Source: Chiloscyllium plagiosum
Taxonomy: Eukaryota
Reading direction: 5' to 3'
NCBI RefSeq assembly: GCF_004010195.1
Contig: NC_057756.1
Coordinates: forward strand, 529,805 to 593,804
Length of the DNA stretch: 64,000 bases
Shown one piece after another: positions 51,992 to 64,000 of this stretch (positions within the stretch are counted from its first letter, which is position 1; each line of letters begins with the position of its first letter). The notes beneath the pieces were generated by a model. It searched no databases. It was not told the origin of the DNA and saw only the letters and a list, made by a program, of their open reading frames with translations. Both the position numbers and the translations under genes were made by a program.

Positions 51992-54042
51992 GTAAGTTGC
52001 TGAGCTATGTATTTACAACTAACATTGAGAACTACATTTGTTTTTCTCAGTCTGTGGATTGTGACATTGATCCTGGAAGTCGAATCATGCTTGCAAAAGA
52101 CTGGTGGACATATCTGATATTCATGACTGTATCAAAGAACAACTTTCCATTATTATTTTCTGAGAAAATTCATGGAGTTTTCACCTTTTTTTGAAAAAGC
52201 CATTTTTCCTCATCAACCTGTTTGGAGGTGCTACTCACCTTTGGAGCAGCTGGGACTTGAAACCGGTCTCAAGTCTTGGGTTGGGGATGTGACCACTGCA
52301 TCACAAAGAGGCCTTTTATTTCATTGGGATACTTAAATGACTCAGGATATAGATGGAATTAGGGGAAGAAGCATGTAATAATGTAACGTCAGTTGGCCCT
52401 GTGTGTGAAATATGCTAAGTGTGCAAATGTGCCTTTCTTTGCCTTTCAATCATGTGCTGCTATGTCAGTCGGTAATGCAGCCATGACAAGAGGCATCACC
52501 AAACTGCTGGAAAATAACAGTGACGATAATCAGAAGAGACTCGATATTACCTTAACCAAGCAAAATAGAGAATGCTGAAATTACTTCCGGAGTGCAAGGA
52601 ACAATCCATCAACTTCATGTCACAGCAGGAAGTGTGTTTCACGGTGTTGAATGAGTAAATAGTTGCTATGTTAATCAATCTCGAGGAATTGAATCGTGAC
52701 AACACAATTATCTGCAAATGGAATTTGCTACTTATGGTGCTTAACAGATTAGACGTTACTTTCATGTCAGGTGCAAGGGCAAACTCAATCCTTGAAGAAT
52801 GACCATCAATGATAAAATGATAGTGCAGATACTGGAAATCTGCAACACATACAGAGAGTGTTCAAGAAAATTGGTACCTGGGGCAGCATCGATGGAGAGA
52901 AAAATCAAGTTCTGAGTTTCGAGACTGGGACAACTCTTCTTTAAAACCGAAACATTTCATAGATGTAGCAAAAAATAAAAAAGAATGGGAAGAGACAACC
53001 GATAGATTTGACCACAAGGAAGAACATTTTAAACCATTTGCCTGCTCAAAATGGAAACATTCTAGATTATCGAGTGGGAGACAACTGCGCTTTTCTCCAT
53101 TTTAGCATGAATCACAAATGTGTTCATAGTTGCTGAGTACTTTGGCATGGAAGATAGATTTTCGATTGATTATTGGGCTGGTCTAAGTTACATGAATTGA
53201 CCTTCATTGATGTTTGAAACACTTTGCAGAAATTTTATGTCCATTTCCTTTATTCCTGTGCTGTCATCTGTCCTTGTTTGAATTGCACTCATATGGTCGG
53301 TGCAGTTAAGTCACACTTTACTGCTAATGCCAGGGCATTTGTGATGAGGATTTCTTTCGAAAATAAGGGTGTTTCTGGTGATGAAATATTCTTCGACTAT
53401 ATGTTGCGGAGACAATTTATGTCTGAGAATTACATATCATAATCGTGACTTGCGAATTACTTGCTCATATATGAATGTCCAGCAGATCTTGCCACATAGG
53501 GATTTGAACTGATGTAAAACCTCACATAGCCAACCGAGTCCTGATGAACCTCTGCAGCAATATCATAGGATAAAATTGTTGATCTGAAAGGGACAACATA
53601 TTTTTTCCCTAAATTGAATTATCACTGGAAACAACAAGATTTTGTTCTTCCATTTCCTAAATCTCATTCTTATTGCCGCTAGATTTGTTAGAGTTTTATG
53701 ATTTCAAAATTATTTGAATTCCTCGTGTACGCATAGAGCAGACACTGTCAATTCGCTTATTGAATTCCATAATTTTTAACATGCTTGAATCACAGCTCAG
53801 GAGACCAGAAATATTGCCATTGTTTGGAGGCTTAGATTGCATGTATGTTGCTGGTATCAGTTCTGAAAAGTGTTGTGGAAATGCCTCAACAATCTCTGCA
53901 CGGTTAATAATTTCTTTCTAAATATTGAATCCAGAACTAGGACTAATGTCATAAGTTGGGTATTTCGTGTTGAATGAACTTTCACAATTCTTGTATAACT
54001 CTCATCATTCTGTAACACATTCTAAGTTAATTTATTTTACAG

Positions 54043-54069
54043 ATCTTAACGAACTTCTTAAAGATACAG
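54043..54069 (+). CDS. Microexon 8, type C' (27 nt, DLNELLKDT)
   Basis: ttattttacag|ATCTTAA...GATACAG|gtaaaa; paralog of 33501-33527. Confidence 0.85.
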
Positions 54070-55229
54070 GTAAAAAAAATGAAAAACTGCCATTGATTAT
54101 TATATTAACATTAATTTACATAGACTTTCTTGCATTCTTGTGAGTTTGGGCGTGTTAAGGAGCTGGCATAATTCAGTATTTCATATTCACCCTGTTGAAT
54201 TTGAAGGATTATCGTTTAAAACTGGAATTATTTACTGATTGGCGTACCAGCAATGGACAAACATCACTTTATGATTTTAATTTTTACAAAGCCCAGGATC
54301 ATTTGATTTGAATTGTCAGTCATGTTGCTATCAATATACCGACGTTAATGAAAATTATATTTGCCACAATAAATTACAGGTAAAATAAGAAGAAAAAAAG
54401 AGTCAATTTATGATGGATAAAACAATTCTCGTATATTATCCTAGTTACTAACATGACAAGGCAATTGCATTCCTTGGTTAGAATTCCAGCTCAGTCTTCG
54501 TTAGTGATACTTATCTCTCAACATCTTCCCCATGTGTTACATGGCCCCAGCTTTCAACAAACCATGAATATTTATATTGCATTTCTAAGTCTGCTGTCAA
54601 TGGTCTGCATTGAGTAGTTTCTCCAGGATCATCTTCCTCTGTTGCAGATGTGAAACACCATGAATTTGTTGCCGTTTCTGAACCGCGTGATGTAATCATA
54701 TTTTATGGTAGGCCGTTGGATCCAGCTCTTATTTTCTCCCATTTTGAATTTAACCACCACATCATTTAATGCAAACTTGGTCACATGTGGCAACATGTGT
54801 GCCACATCTAAGTAAAGATAGGTCCAGTTCCTGACATTGTACTGGCTGGAGTTATATTGTCCCAATGTAGTTTAGGTGCTACGGGCAGGTGGTGGTCTAT
54901 TTGTAATCTTCGCTAATCCAGAAGTCCGGAATATGTTTTTTGAATATTTTTTCCAATCTTGTAATGATATATATTAAAAGATGAATTTAATAAAATCACT
55001 GGTGAAGGTATCCGACTGTCGGGAACCATTAAAAATGCTGAATTAATCCGATTAAGAGAACAAATTCAGCCATTCTTATGAGACTTATCTTCCATTTGAC
55101 ATAAGATTACCAGTCATTTGGATTACTCTTTATTTTTTTCTGTGAAATTGGTGATCACCGGTTAATTCTGACATAGCCTAGAACTCTTAAATCACACGAA
55201 CTAATTAAAACCTGGACACCATCAGGCAT

Positions 55230-56100
55230 AAGACCATAAAACATAGGAATAGATTTCACCCATTGTTCCCCTCGAGTCTACTCTACTATTCAATCATGAT
55301 GGATATATGTCTTTACTGTATTGTTCTGCCTTTTCGCTATTATCCTTGATCCCTTAGCAAACAAGAATCTCTCTCTCTCTTAAACACATTTAATAACTCA
55401 ACCACCATAGCCCACTGACGCAATGAATTCCACAGATTAACCACCTTCTGGCTGAAGACATTCCTCCTGATTGGAGATCTAGCAGGCGTCTATACAATCG
55501 GATGCTATGCTCCAAGGTGCTAGTCTATCCTTTTAGTAGAAACAGCCTCTCTGTGCCCACTCTAACCAGGCCGCTGAGTATCCTGCAAGTTTCAAACAGA
55601 TCTCCCCTCATCCTCCTAAACATCATTGAGTAAAAACTCATATGCGAAGTCTTGCATTCCAAGAAACTCTTCCCTTCCAAGGATAACACATTCTTCCTTG
55701 GCTATGGAATGAAAAGGGCTCACAATATTCCAAATATGGTCTGACCAGAGCCTTATGCAGCTTGAACAATGCATTCCTGCCCTTGTATTTTATCCCTGTT
55801 GAAAGGAATATTAACATTGCATCTGCTTTCCGAACAGCCAACTGAATCGTTGTGTGAAGTTTAAGAGACTCCCAAGCTCGGGATCCCCATTTCCTTTGTT
55901 CTTCAGGTTTGCGAAGGTGTTCCTCGTTTAGAAAATAATGCATGCCTCTATTTGTCCTACCAAAACGCATACCTCATACATTGCATTTTAACTGTCAGTT
56001 TTTTTGCTCTCCCTGCTAGCCTGCCCAAGTTCTTCTGTAGCCTTTTCTCTGCCTCAACATCCCTCTTTATGTCATCTGCAAACTTTAGATCAATACCACA
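55230..56100 (-). mobile_element. CR1-type 3' part
   Basis: LHKALVRPYLEYCEPF; cataagaccataaaacatagga tail. Confidence 0.85.
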
Positions 56101-56140
56101 TGTACAAGAATTCCTCCTCTATTTGCCATATTCAAGTATA

Positions 56141-57505
56141 TGCACAAACACTTTACAGAACTATGTGACAGCTCATGACATTGTATCAGTTGCTGAGCAA
56201 AATTAGTTTCTGGTAAATTTAATAGCATAACTCAATGCTTGATACAGCAATGACCAATACAGAAGCAGAAATTGGACCCACTGTTGAGTCCTTTTTGTTT
56301 ATGTAGACTCCAGAGTTCACATGCAATCACAGAATTCCTACAGTGTGCAAACAGGCTATTTGGCCGAACAAGTCTAACCCACCCACACCCATTCACCTAT
56401 CCTACTACTCTACATTTACTCCTGACTAATGCACCTAACGTACACATCGTTGAACACTATGGGAAATATAACATGGCGAATTCACCTAATCTGCATGTCT
56501 TTTGACTGTGGGTGGAAACTGGAACACCTGAAGGAAACCTATGCAAGCACAGGGAAAATGTGCAAACTCCACACAACGGTCTAGCAAGGAATCAAACCGT
56601 GTCCCTGGTGCTGTGAGGCAGCAGTGCTAACCTCTGAACTATGGTGACATATAATTCAAACAAAGCATAAAAACTGGTATCATTTTGAATGGTATTGGCA
56701 TACAGTACGTTATTAATGTTTTCGATATTAATATAATAAGTTGCCATATAATGCAGTGTGGCATGATTTTCACATAGAACAGTTATTCATAACTGACCAG
56801 GTCTTCTACTCACTCTTGGAAACTCTATTTCCAATTCTGACCGGACAGAAAAAAAACCCAAAAATAATATTACATTTCTACGCGTTTTTAATACTGACCT
56901 GTGTACCAGGATCGTGCCCAGCTCAAGCAGACTTGTTGAGACTGGAAGTCCACACAATCTGACAAAGAACGTTTTCACATAGAACTCATCTGTTTTTTTT
57001 ACTGAAAATTGCTGACCTATTCACGATTTAATGGTCCTCACCCCATATTGATGGTTACTAATTGAATATACGCATGTAAGTGATAGAGGGCATATGCTTG
57101 CAGGCAGGTGACAGAGAAGGGCTCTATGGTATTGACTATTTAAAATTCCAGTGAGGCTGTTTAATAACATTGTTTGGAGAATAGTGGGTAGTGGGGTACG
57201 AGTGAGGACAAAAATAAAGAGGAAATGGATCAAAAGTTCGATCACAAATATTTGAGGGGCAATGCGCAAAGCCATATGTTAGAGTAAGATTCCAGGTTTC
57301 CACAGTGTAGGGATTCTGCGATTGCATGATCTCTGGAGTCTACATAAAGAAGAAGGGCTCAACTGTGGGTCCAGTTCCTGCTTCAGCATTGCTCATTGCT
57401 ATGTCAAGCACTGAGTTATGCTATTAAATTTACCAGAAACTAATTTTGATCAGCAACTGATACAATGTCATGAGCTGCCACATCGTTCTGTGAAGTGTTT
57501 GTGCA
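56141..57505. repeat. Diverged ~210-bp inverted repeat
   Basis: 56141-56352 is the reverse complement of 57296-57505 with scattered substitutions. Confidence 0.9.
56330..56650 (-). mobile_element. V-SINE (HE1-like)
   Basis: gtgcaaactccacac; ctgtgaggcagcagtgctaacc. Confidence 0.85.
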
Positions 57506-58365
57506 ATTAAGCAGGTGGTTGAATAATGCTGGCATTTAAGTTTTCATTAAGTTTTGTGTAATTGCCTTGGCAGAATCATAACTATATAAAGAGTGTCTTT
57601 TCCAATGTAACAATCCTAATTTGGAGTATACTGCTTCTCATAATTAACAAATGTCAGAATATTCTTCCCTCTGACATACTTCACAATATCTCTCGAAAGG
57701 GCACAGCAATAACATTGCTTTCTATTTTTTTCGCAGCAAATGTACTGCAAAAAAACAATTAATGCCGCATTATGAATGAGCAGCCTATAAATATTTGTTG
57801 AAATGTATTTCAGGGAATGTGCTAATTGTTATCTGTGAGGAATATTGCATGAAATTGTCACCCAGGCTGTCTATTGTTCATGATCCAGGGCACCACTTAA
57901 ATATTCTTAATTTATTGTGAATGTTATCTTTGACACTTATTAAACTTCGTAGAGAACGAAGGATTAACCCATTTCATCCAATCATCACAACCTTGATGGA
58001 TCTTATCTCATTTCCTTTCAACAGCCATCCACAGCTATCTTGCAAAATTCCTTACCTTCTGGCACTGCATGGACAAGCTTACTAATCAACTTGCCCAATC
58101 ACTCTGTTTTATGACACCTGGGCTATCAAGGTTCAGTTCTTCACTTCCATAAAACAATCAATTGTGTAGCTACTGTACTATAAGTGAAGTTTCATTTCTT
58201 GCAGAATCCATAGTTGTTCAGACATTAATTGATTGAATTAAAAGAAGAGGTGCTTAATGAAAATGAACCTAATTAATTACTTGCTATTGACTTTTTTCTG
58301 GCATTCATAACAAACATAATATTGTATCCCTTCAATTGAAATTAATAATTATCTTATGTATTCAG

Positions 58366-58392
58366 CCAAAGCATTGATAAAAAAGAATGACG
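58366..58392 (+). CDS. Microexon 9 (27 nt, AKALIKKND)
   Basis: cttatgtattcag|CCAAAGC...AATGACG|gtaaag: same length, phase and donor hexamer as the type A exons; continues the heptad pattern. Confidence 0.65.
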
Positions 58393-58699
58393 GTAAAGTA
58401 TCACAAACAATTTTAATCATACAATGAGTTTTGTTCTAATGGTTCTATACTAATTGCGCATAAGGATAAAATGTATTTCGTTGAAATAAAACTATGTCTT
58501 TAAGTTATTATGAAATTCTGTCACATTTGCTTAACTTGGTTGAAATTTATGCTTTGCATCCTCTAAAGATATATTTGAGAATTTACTGCATGCTACGTTT
58601 TACAGGTGTAAGTACAGAGCAAATTAGATAGTAATTAATAATTACTTTTGCTTGCCAGATGCATTTAGTACCTGTCATTTACAAGCTGCCAATGAATCT

Positions 58700-61650
58700 C
58701 CCACTTGAACCATGGCATTCTTTATTAGAGGTTCGTCCACAGAGCTGTGTGGACAGAGGCATCAAACCTATGAGCCAGTTACAACGACTGAACTACAAAT
58801 GGCTCCAAGTGAGGTTGTTGAGTGTCTTTAATGAAGGCTTACTGGTCTTGATCTTCCAGTGTCCATACATTGTTCTTCAAGATGGTCGAAGTCGCAGTTA
58901 AAAAAATTGATTTGGAAGGAGATTTGTAAAGTTGAAGCAATGCATTTTGTAGCTGTTGCCACTGCCAATGCTGTTCACTGACTGTGCACTGATTGATTGC
59001 TTATCGAGATGGATGGGGTGTAAGTAAATTAACTAGTTTACTTTTATCCCTGAAAGCGTAGTTCACTTGATTGCTGTTGATATTGCAATGTTTCAGGCAA
59101 GAGGATTGGAAGATGCAATCTAAGGATCTTTGGTGAATACGAGCAGGGCATCTTGGACATGATACACACAGTGCATTCTTTTAGATTAGATTACTTAAAG
59201 TGTGGAAACAGGCCCTTTGGCCCAACAAGTCCACACCGCCCCCCCGAAGCGCAAACCACCCATGCCCCTACATTTACCCCTTACCTAACACTACGGGCAA
59301 TTTAGCATGGCCAATTCACCTGACCTGCACATCTTTGGACTGTGGGAGGAAACCGGAGCACCCGGAGGAAACCCACGCAGACACGGGGAGAACGTGCAAA
59401 CTCCACACAGTCAGTCGCCTGAGGCGGGAATTGAACCCGGGTCTCTGGCGCTGTGAGGCAGCACTGTGCCACTGTGCCGCCCATTTGTGATCTGTAGTGG
59501 AGTATGTGGATGCTTTTGCATGTCGCGCCAATCTAACAGGTTGCACTTGGATAATGAAAGGTTTCTTCAGTTTTGTTGGAGGTGCATTCGAGTAGACAAT
59601 TGTGGAGTATTCTGTTGCACCCTTGACCCGTGCCTTGTCGATTTAGAACAAACTTTGCGAGTTGCTTTCTGCAGCATTCCTAACTTCTGAAATGTTCTTG
59701 TAGCCACTCTATTGAAAGGAGTCCAGTTCAGTTCCTGATCAATGGCATCGCTGGATGAATGAAACTGGGGTACTCTGTGATGGTAATACATTTAAATAAC
59801 AAGGAGTGGTGGTAAATTATTTGAGAAATTATTTGATTCTTGCCTGAAATTTGTGCGGGCCAAATATAACTTGTTAATTGCCAGCTTGCGGTTTTATATT
59901 GTCCAAGTTTGTTGAACATGGAATTCTTTAGTATCTGAGGAGTAGCAATCAGAACTGCAACTACAAACTTCTTCTTTTGTGTCAGGCATTACTCTTACCC
60001 GTGGAGAGCTTTCGACCGGATTACCATTGATCCTGTTATTGCAAACACTCCTTGATGTAAACTCTGTTCAATGCACCCTTGATATCAAATGTGTTCATTA
60101 TCCCCTCCCATCTGGAAATCAACTCTTTCCTCCACGTTTGAATCAAGCATGCAATAAGTTCAGAAGCTGAGTGGTCTGTGTGGAACCAAAACTGGACATG
60201 AGTCAGCAGGTTGTTTCTGAACACATGTTGCATCACAGCACTATCGATGATATCTTCACTGTTTTACTAATCATCGAGATTAATGGCTGCTAATTTGTTG
60301 GATTGGACTTGTCTTATCTTTTTTATACATGAGACACCTGGACAAGGTGCCAGTGTTGTAAGAAGACTGGAACAGCTTGGCCAGGAGTGCAACAAGTTCT
60401 GGAGCACACATCTTCTGTACCTTTGCGAAAATGTTGTCAGGACCCGTAGCTTTTGGAGTACCCAGCACCTCCAAATTTTTCTTGATATTATATCGAATGA
60501 ATCGAATTGGCCAAAATGGGGAACCTGCCTTCTGGGGACCACTGGTTGAGACCGAGATGGATTTGCTTGACATTTCTGGCTGAAGATTGTCGTGAGTTCC
60601 GCAGTCTTATTTTCTGCACAATGCGTTGGGCTTTTCCATAATTGTGTGTAATGATAATTATGGAAGCTTATACTCCAGTGAGTTATTTAATTGTCTACCA
60701 CCATTCAGGACTAATGTGACAGACATGGAGAGCTTAGATTGGATCCCTTGGCATGCAAGTAGATTTAACTGGTGGCTTCACCAGATTGAAACCTCATTTT
60801 TGATTTTGAATGTTTGGTGCTGCTCGTAATATGCCCTCCTACTCTCTGCATTATAACAATGTTGCCCTTCTACAGGCTCCATTGAGACAATGTTGATCCT
60901 TGATTTTGTAGTAATAGTTGAGTGGAGGATTTCAGGGTTATTAGTTAACAGATTGTCTTAGAGTGCGATTCTGCTACCGCTGATGGCCCACAACACCACA
61001 TGGATGTGCAGACATGTTCCAGGTTGTCTCATTTAACACAGTGATAGTGTCACATGACACAGTGTATGCTGGAGTTTGGACTTCATCTCCACAAGGTCTG
61101 TGCAGTGGTGTCTGCTACTGATGCACGCCATTGACAGGTATATCTGCCACATGCAGTTTGGTGAGATAGAGTTCAAATTCGTCTTGCCTTCTTTTTGGTT
61201 CCTTCACCACTTACTGCAGGCCCATTCTAACAGTTATATACTTTAGGATATGTCTTTAGATTTGTAGTGCTGGTCCCGAGTCACTCCTGATGATGGACTT
61301 GGAAATTTCCCAATCATAATATCTTTGTCACCTTCAGTGCTTTCTTCAGGTGGTATTCAATGTGGAAGAGTGTTGAGTGATCACCTGAAGAAAGATGTGG
61401 TAACAAACAGGTCTTTTCCTTGTCCGTTCTTACCATGATACCGCACAAATTCATAGTTGCTGCAAGTATTGTTGAGGACTACCTGGGCAACTTCATCTTC
61501 ATTCTATACCATTGTGCTGCTAACTTGGCCGAGTCTGTTCTGCTGCTGGGATAGGATATGTCCAAGGATGGTGATTGTAATGCCTAGAACATTGTCCGTT
61601 AGGTATGATCCCGTGATTATGCCTATATCAGGCTGATTATTTGAGTAGAA
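58700..61650 (-). mobile_element. Old copy of the CR1/L2-clade LINE
   Basis: KATGPDNI; APELVALLAKLFQSSYNTG; FDIKGALNRV; colinear with 46920-49300. Confidence 0.8.
59183..59482 (-). mobile_element. Young V-SINE (HE1-like)
   Basis: Highly similar to 11190-11467 with an intact core; ttagattagattac tail. Confidence 0.92.
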
Positions 61651-62063
61651 TGAATGTGCAAGATTACTGTGTAGACTGCAAGAGAATGACACTGAATCAT
61701 AATGCAATTTGGAAAGTGAAAGCAAATGCAATGTACTTGATGATGAAATGATTTGTGAGGCTCCTCTGTAGTTGGTAAGACTATAGTCAGATCTGATCCA
61801 TCGGTTATTAGGACTGAGCTCTGCGTTTCATTGCATATTACTCTAATCTACTAAAGCACTGTCACCAATCTCTTAAAATTCGCTGTACCACAGCAAAGCA
61901 ATCTCAATATATGCAATAAAATGTATTGCATTTTGTTATGCTTCTTCTGTACAGTTGTAAAGTATGCAAGGTAAATCGGTATTGAACTGGGTAAACATGT
62001 GCTTTTCACGCATCTGTCTCAATGTTCCACATTGATTTCTGAACGATTCTTTATCTTTTGCAG

Positions 62064-62099
62064 AATTGCAAAAAATGGCTCAAGATTTCGATGACTTAG
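62064..62099 (+). CDS. Microexon 10 (36 nt, ELQKMAQDFDDL)
   Basis: ttatcttttgcag|AATTGCA...GACTTAG|gtaagt: strong sites, phase 1-1, open frame. Confidence 0.75.
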   Translation, partial: NCKKWLKISMT

Positions 62100-62139
62100 G
62101 TAAGTCAAGCTAACAAGCAACTGAAGAATACGCACATGT

Positions 62140-64000
62140 CCAAATACTTCTTCTGATATTGATGCAAATACTTCACTGACTCCTCCCACAAGTTTTGCAT
62201 GGATCAACAAAATCCAAAGGATGGGTGAAATTTGCCTCAATAGTCAACCAAATTGGCAGAGCATCAAGGTTCTCATAATGGAGCCAATAGTCCAAATTTC
62301 TAATGTTTTCTGCCCAATAATAAAGCAAAATATTTTGCAGCACTGTTCCACCCCAAATCTTATGCCTTTGCTTCCATAACCTAGGAGTTCTTTTTACTCT
62401 AAATAAATTTAATAATAAGACTTTATGGAAAAAGGAGAGAGGTAGAAAAATTAGTATACATTGCAATAACTAAGAAAATCATGGATAAACCAACATTCGA
62501 AGTCTCGTTGAATTTGTACCAGTAATAGTTCAAAGATTTTCCTGTACAAATTGCCTAGTGTATATGCCCAAGTGTACACTAAGATAAACAAAAGAATTGG
62601 CAATTTTAAGTGGTAAATTATCTATTGGGTATTCCCTGGCAGCTTATTGATAGCAAATATCCCACTTCTGCTAAAATTCAATTTATACCCAGAAATCTTA
62701 CTGAAAGATTCTAAAACCCAAAGTGGAGAGAGATAAGTTCGAGGAAAATAGAAAAAGGTCATCTCCATAGAGGGGAACCTTCAACTCCATACCATGCCAG
62801 AGAAGTCAGGTTGAGTCCATTGATAGAGGTTCAATTACAATGGCAAACAGCAGTGGATTCATAAAACAAGATTGCCCAGTGGAACGTTAAAGATGGAACT
62901 AATCGGAATTCATGTTATTGGGCCAAACAGAGGCCAGTCATAATGCATAGAATAGTTTGATCGAAGGAGTAAATTTTTCCCTGAAGCTAAATTGCTCCTA
63001 AGAAAAAAAAAGAAATGATTGGATTCGACTCTTTCAAAGGCTTTTTGAGCATCTAAATATATCCAAGCCTCAGGACAGTGAATGGGGAAGAATTGTAAAC
63101 AATGTTAAATACCCAGCCAAGACTAAAAACGGGGTGTCTGTTGTGAATAAATCAAGTTTGATCCAAGGATATAATAGATGGAGGGATGGTTTCCAATCAT
63201 TGGACCAATAGCTTTAACAATAATTCAAAGTCAACATTTCACAGACTTACAGGATGATATCAACCACACTATAAGGGATCTTTGCCTTTCTTAAAAAGCA
63301 AAGAAATTGATGCCTGAGGTAAAGTTTGGGAAGATACCCAGAATTAACACTTCAAAAAACATCTACTGAAAGCAGAGCTAACTTTTCCCAGAATGTTTTA
63401 TAAAACTCGATTGGAAAACTATCGGATCAAGGATTTTTACCACTTTCTAGGGATCTAGTCATAGCACAAGTTCTATTAATGTGATTGTTTGTTCCAATTC
63501 CTTTGCCACATTTTGATCAATAGTAGGAATGTTAATCTTATCCAAATAAGTCTCAAAACTTTGCTGTAGCAGAAGAACATTCAGATGGATTAAGTGAAAT
63601 GTAAAATTCCTTAAAAGTCTTGTTGCTTTCTAACAGATCTGATGTGACACTTGAATTAGTCTTAATTTGTATTATTAATTGAGATGAGAACATTTGACAC
63701 AACTGATGTGCCAACAATTTAGTAGTTATTTCGCCTTGTTAATAAAATTTAGACCCAGAATGATGTAAAAGTTCAGTGGGTTATTGTGACATGACCTGGG
63801 ATATGTTTCTTTACCTACTTCTGAAGACGTAGAGATTGTGTAAAGAGAGTCTAATTGAGACTGGTGTTGTGCTAACCATAACAATTTATTTTTCCTAAAT
63901 CGATTCTGATGCGCTGCATAGGAAATTGATTCATCCCCGATGAATGCCTTCAAGGTTTCCCATGGCAAGGAAGCTGTAACATCTGGGGTTTTGTTAAGTT
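62140..64000 (-). mobile_element. L1-like LINE ORF2 remnant (runs off the window end)
   Basis: WETLKAFIG..ISYAA; LDAQKAFERVE (~63030-63060); LYYWAENIR. Confidence 0.8.

Larger units (their letters stand above)
35050..54420 (+). repeat. Intragenic duplication, copy 2 (exons A'-B'-C'), expanded by later insertions
   Basis: Colinear with copy 1 outside the Gypsy and Penelope insertions. Confidence 0.85.

Noticed and set aside
54520..54960. Possible L1-like C-terminal remnant on the minus strand
   Set aside because: Only a faint resemblance (HMLPHVTKF); too degenerate to support a call.
58598..58615. ttttacag-GT-gtaagt as a 2-nt exon or recursive splice site
   Set aside because: A 2-nt exon would break the frame of the array, and there is no other supporting evidence.

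Overview
Repeat-rich vertebrate genomic DNA, most likely from a shark or other cartilaginous fish, judging by HE1-like V-SINEs with CR1 LINEs and vertebrate Penelope-like elements. There is a 500-N assembly gap at 25397-25896. Every long ORF I could assign is a decayed retroelement: CR1 LINEs, a second CR1/L2-clade LINE, an L1-like LINE, two integrase-before-RT (Gmr1-like) Gypsy LTR elements, and Penelope-like elements with minimal hammerhead motifs. The ORF track misses a host gene on the + strand. It appears as ten 27- or 36-nt microexons, all AG/GT-bounded and phase 1-1, spread over 45 kb (17134-62099). They splice into a stop-free 99-codon helical/coiled-coil-like segment: xIRKLKDALGGR-DESSLKQALDKA-EERLKQCQT-ESKEGPTTH-DLNKDLTDM-EEQLKQCQK-ESKGDPEIH-DLNELLKDT-AKALIKKND-ELQKMAQDFDDL. 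Three of these exons were tandemly duplicated together with their introns, and the two copies later gained different transposon insertions. I could not identify the gene's start, end or identity within the window. Repeat boundaries were read by eye and are approximate unless stated otherwise.
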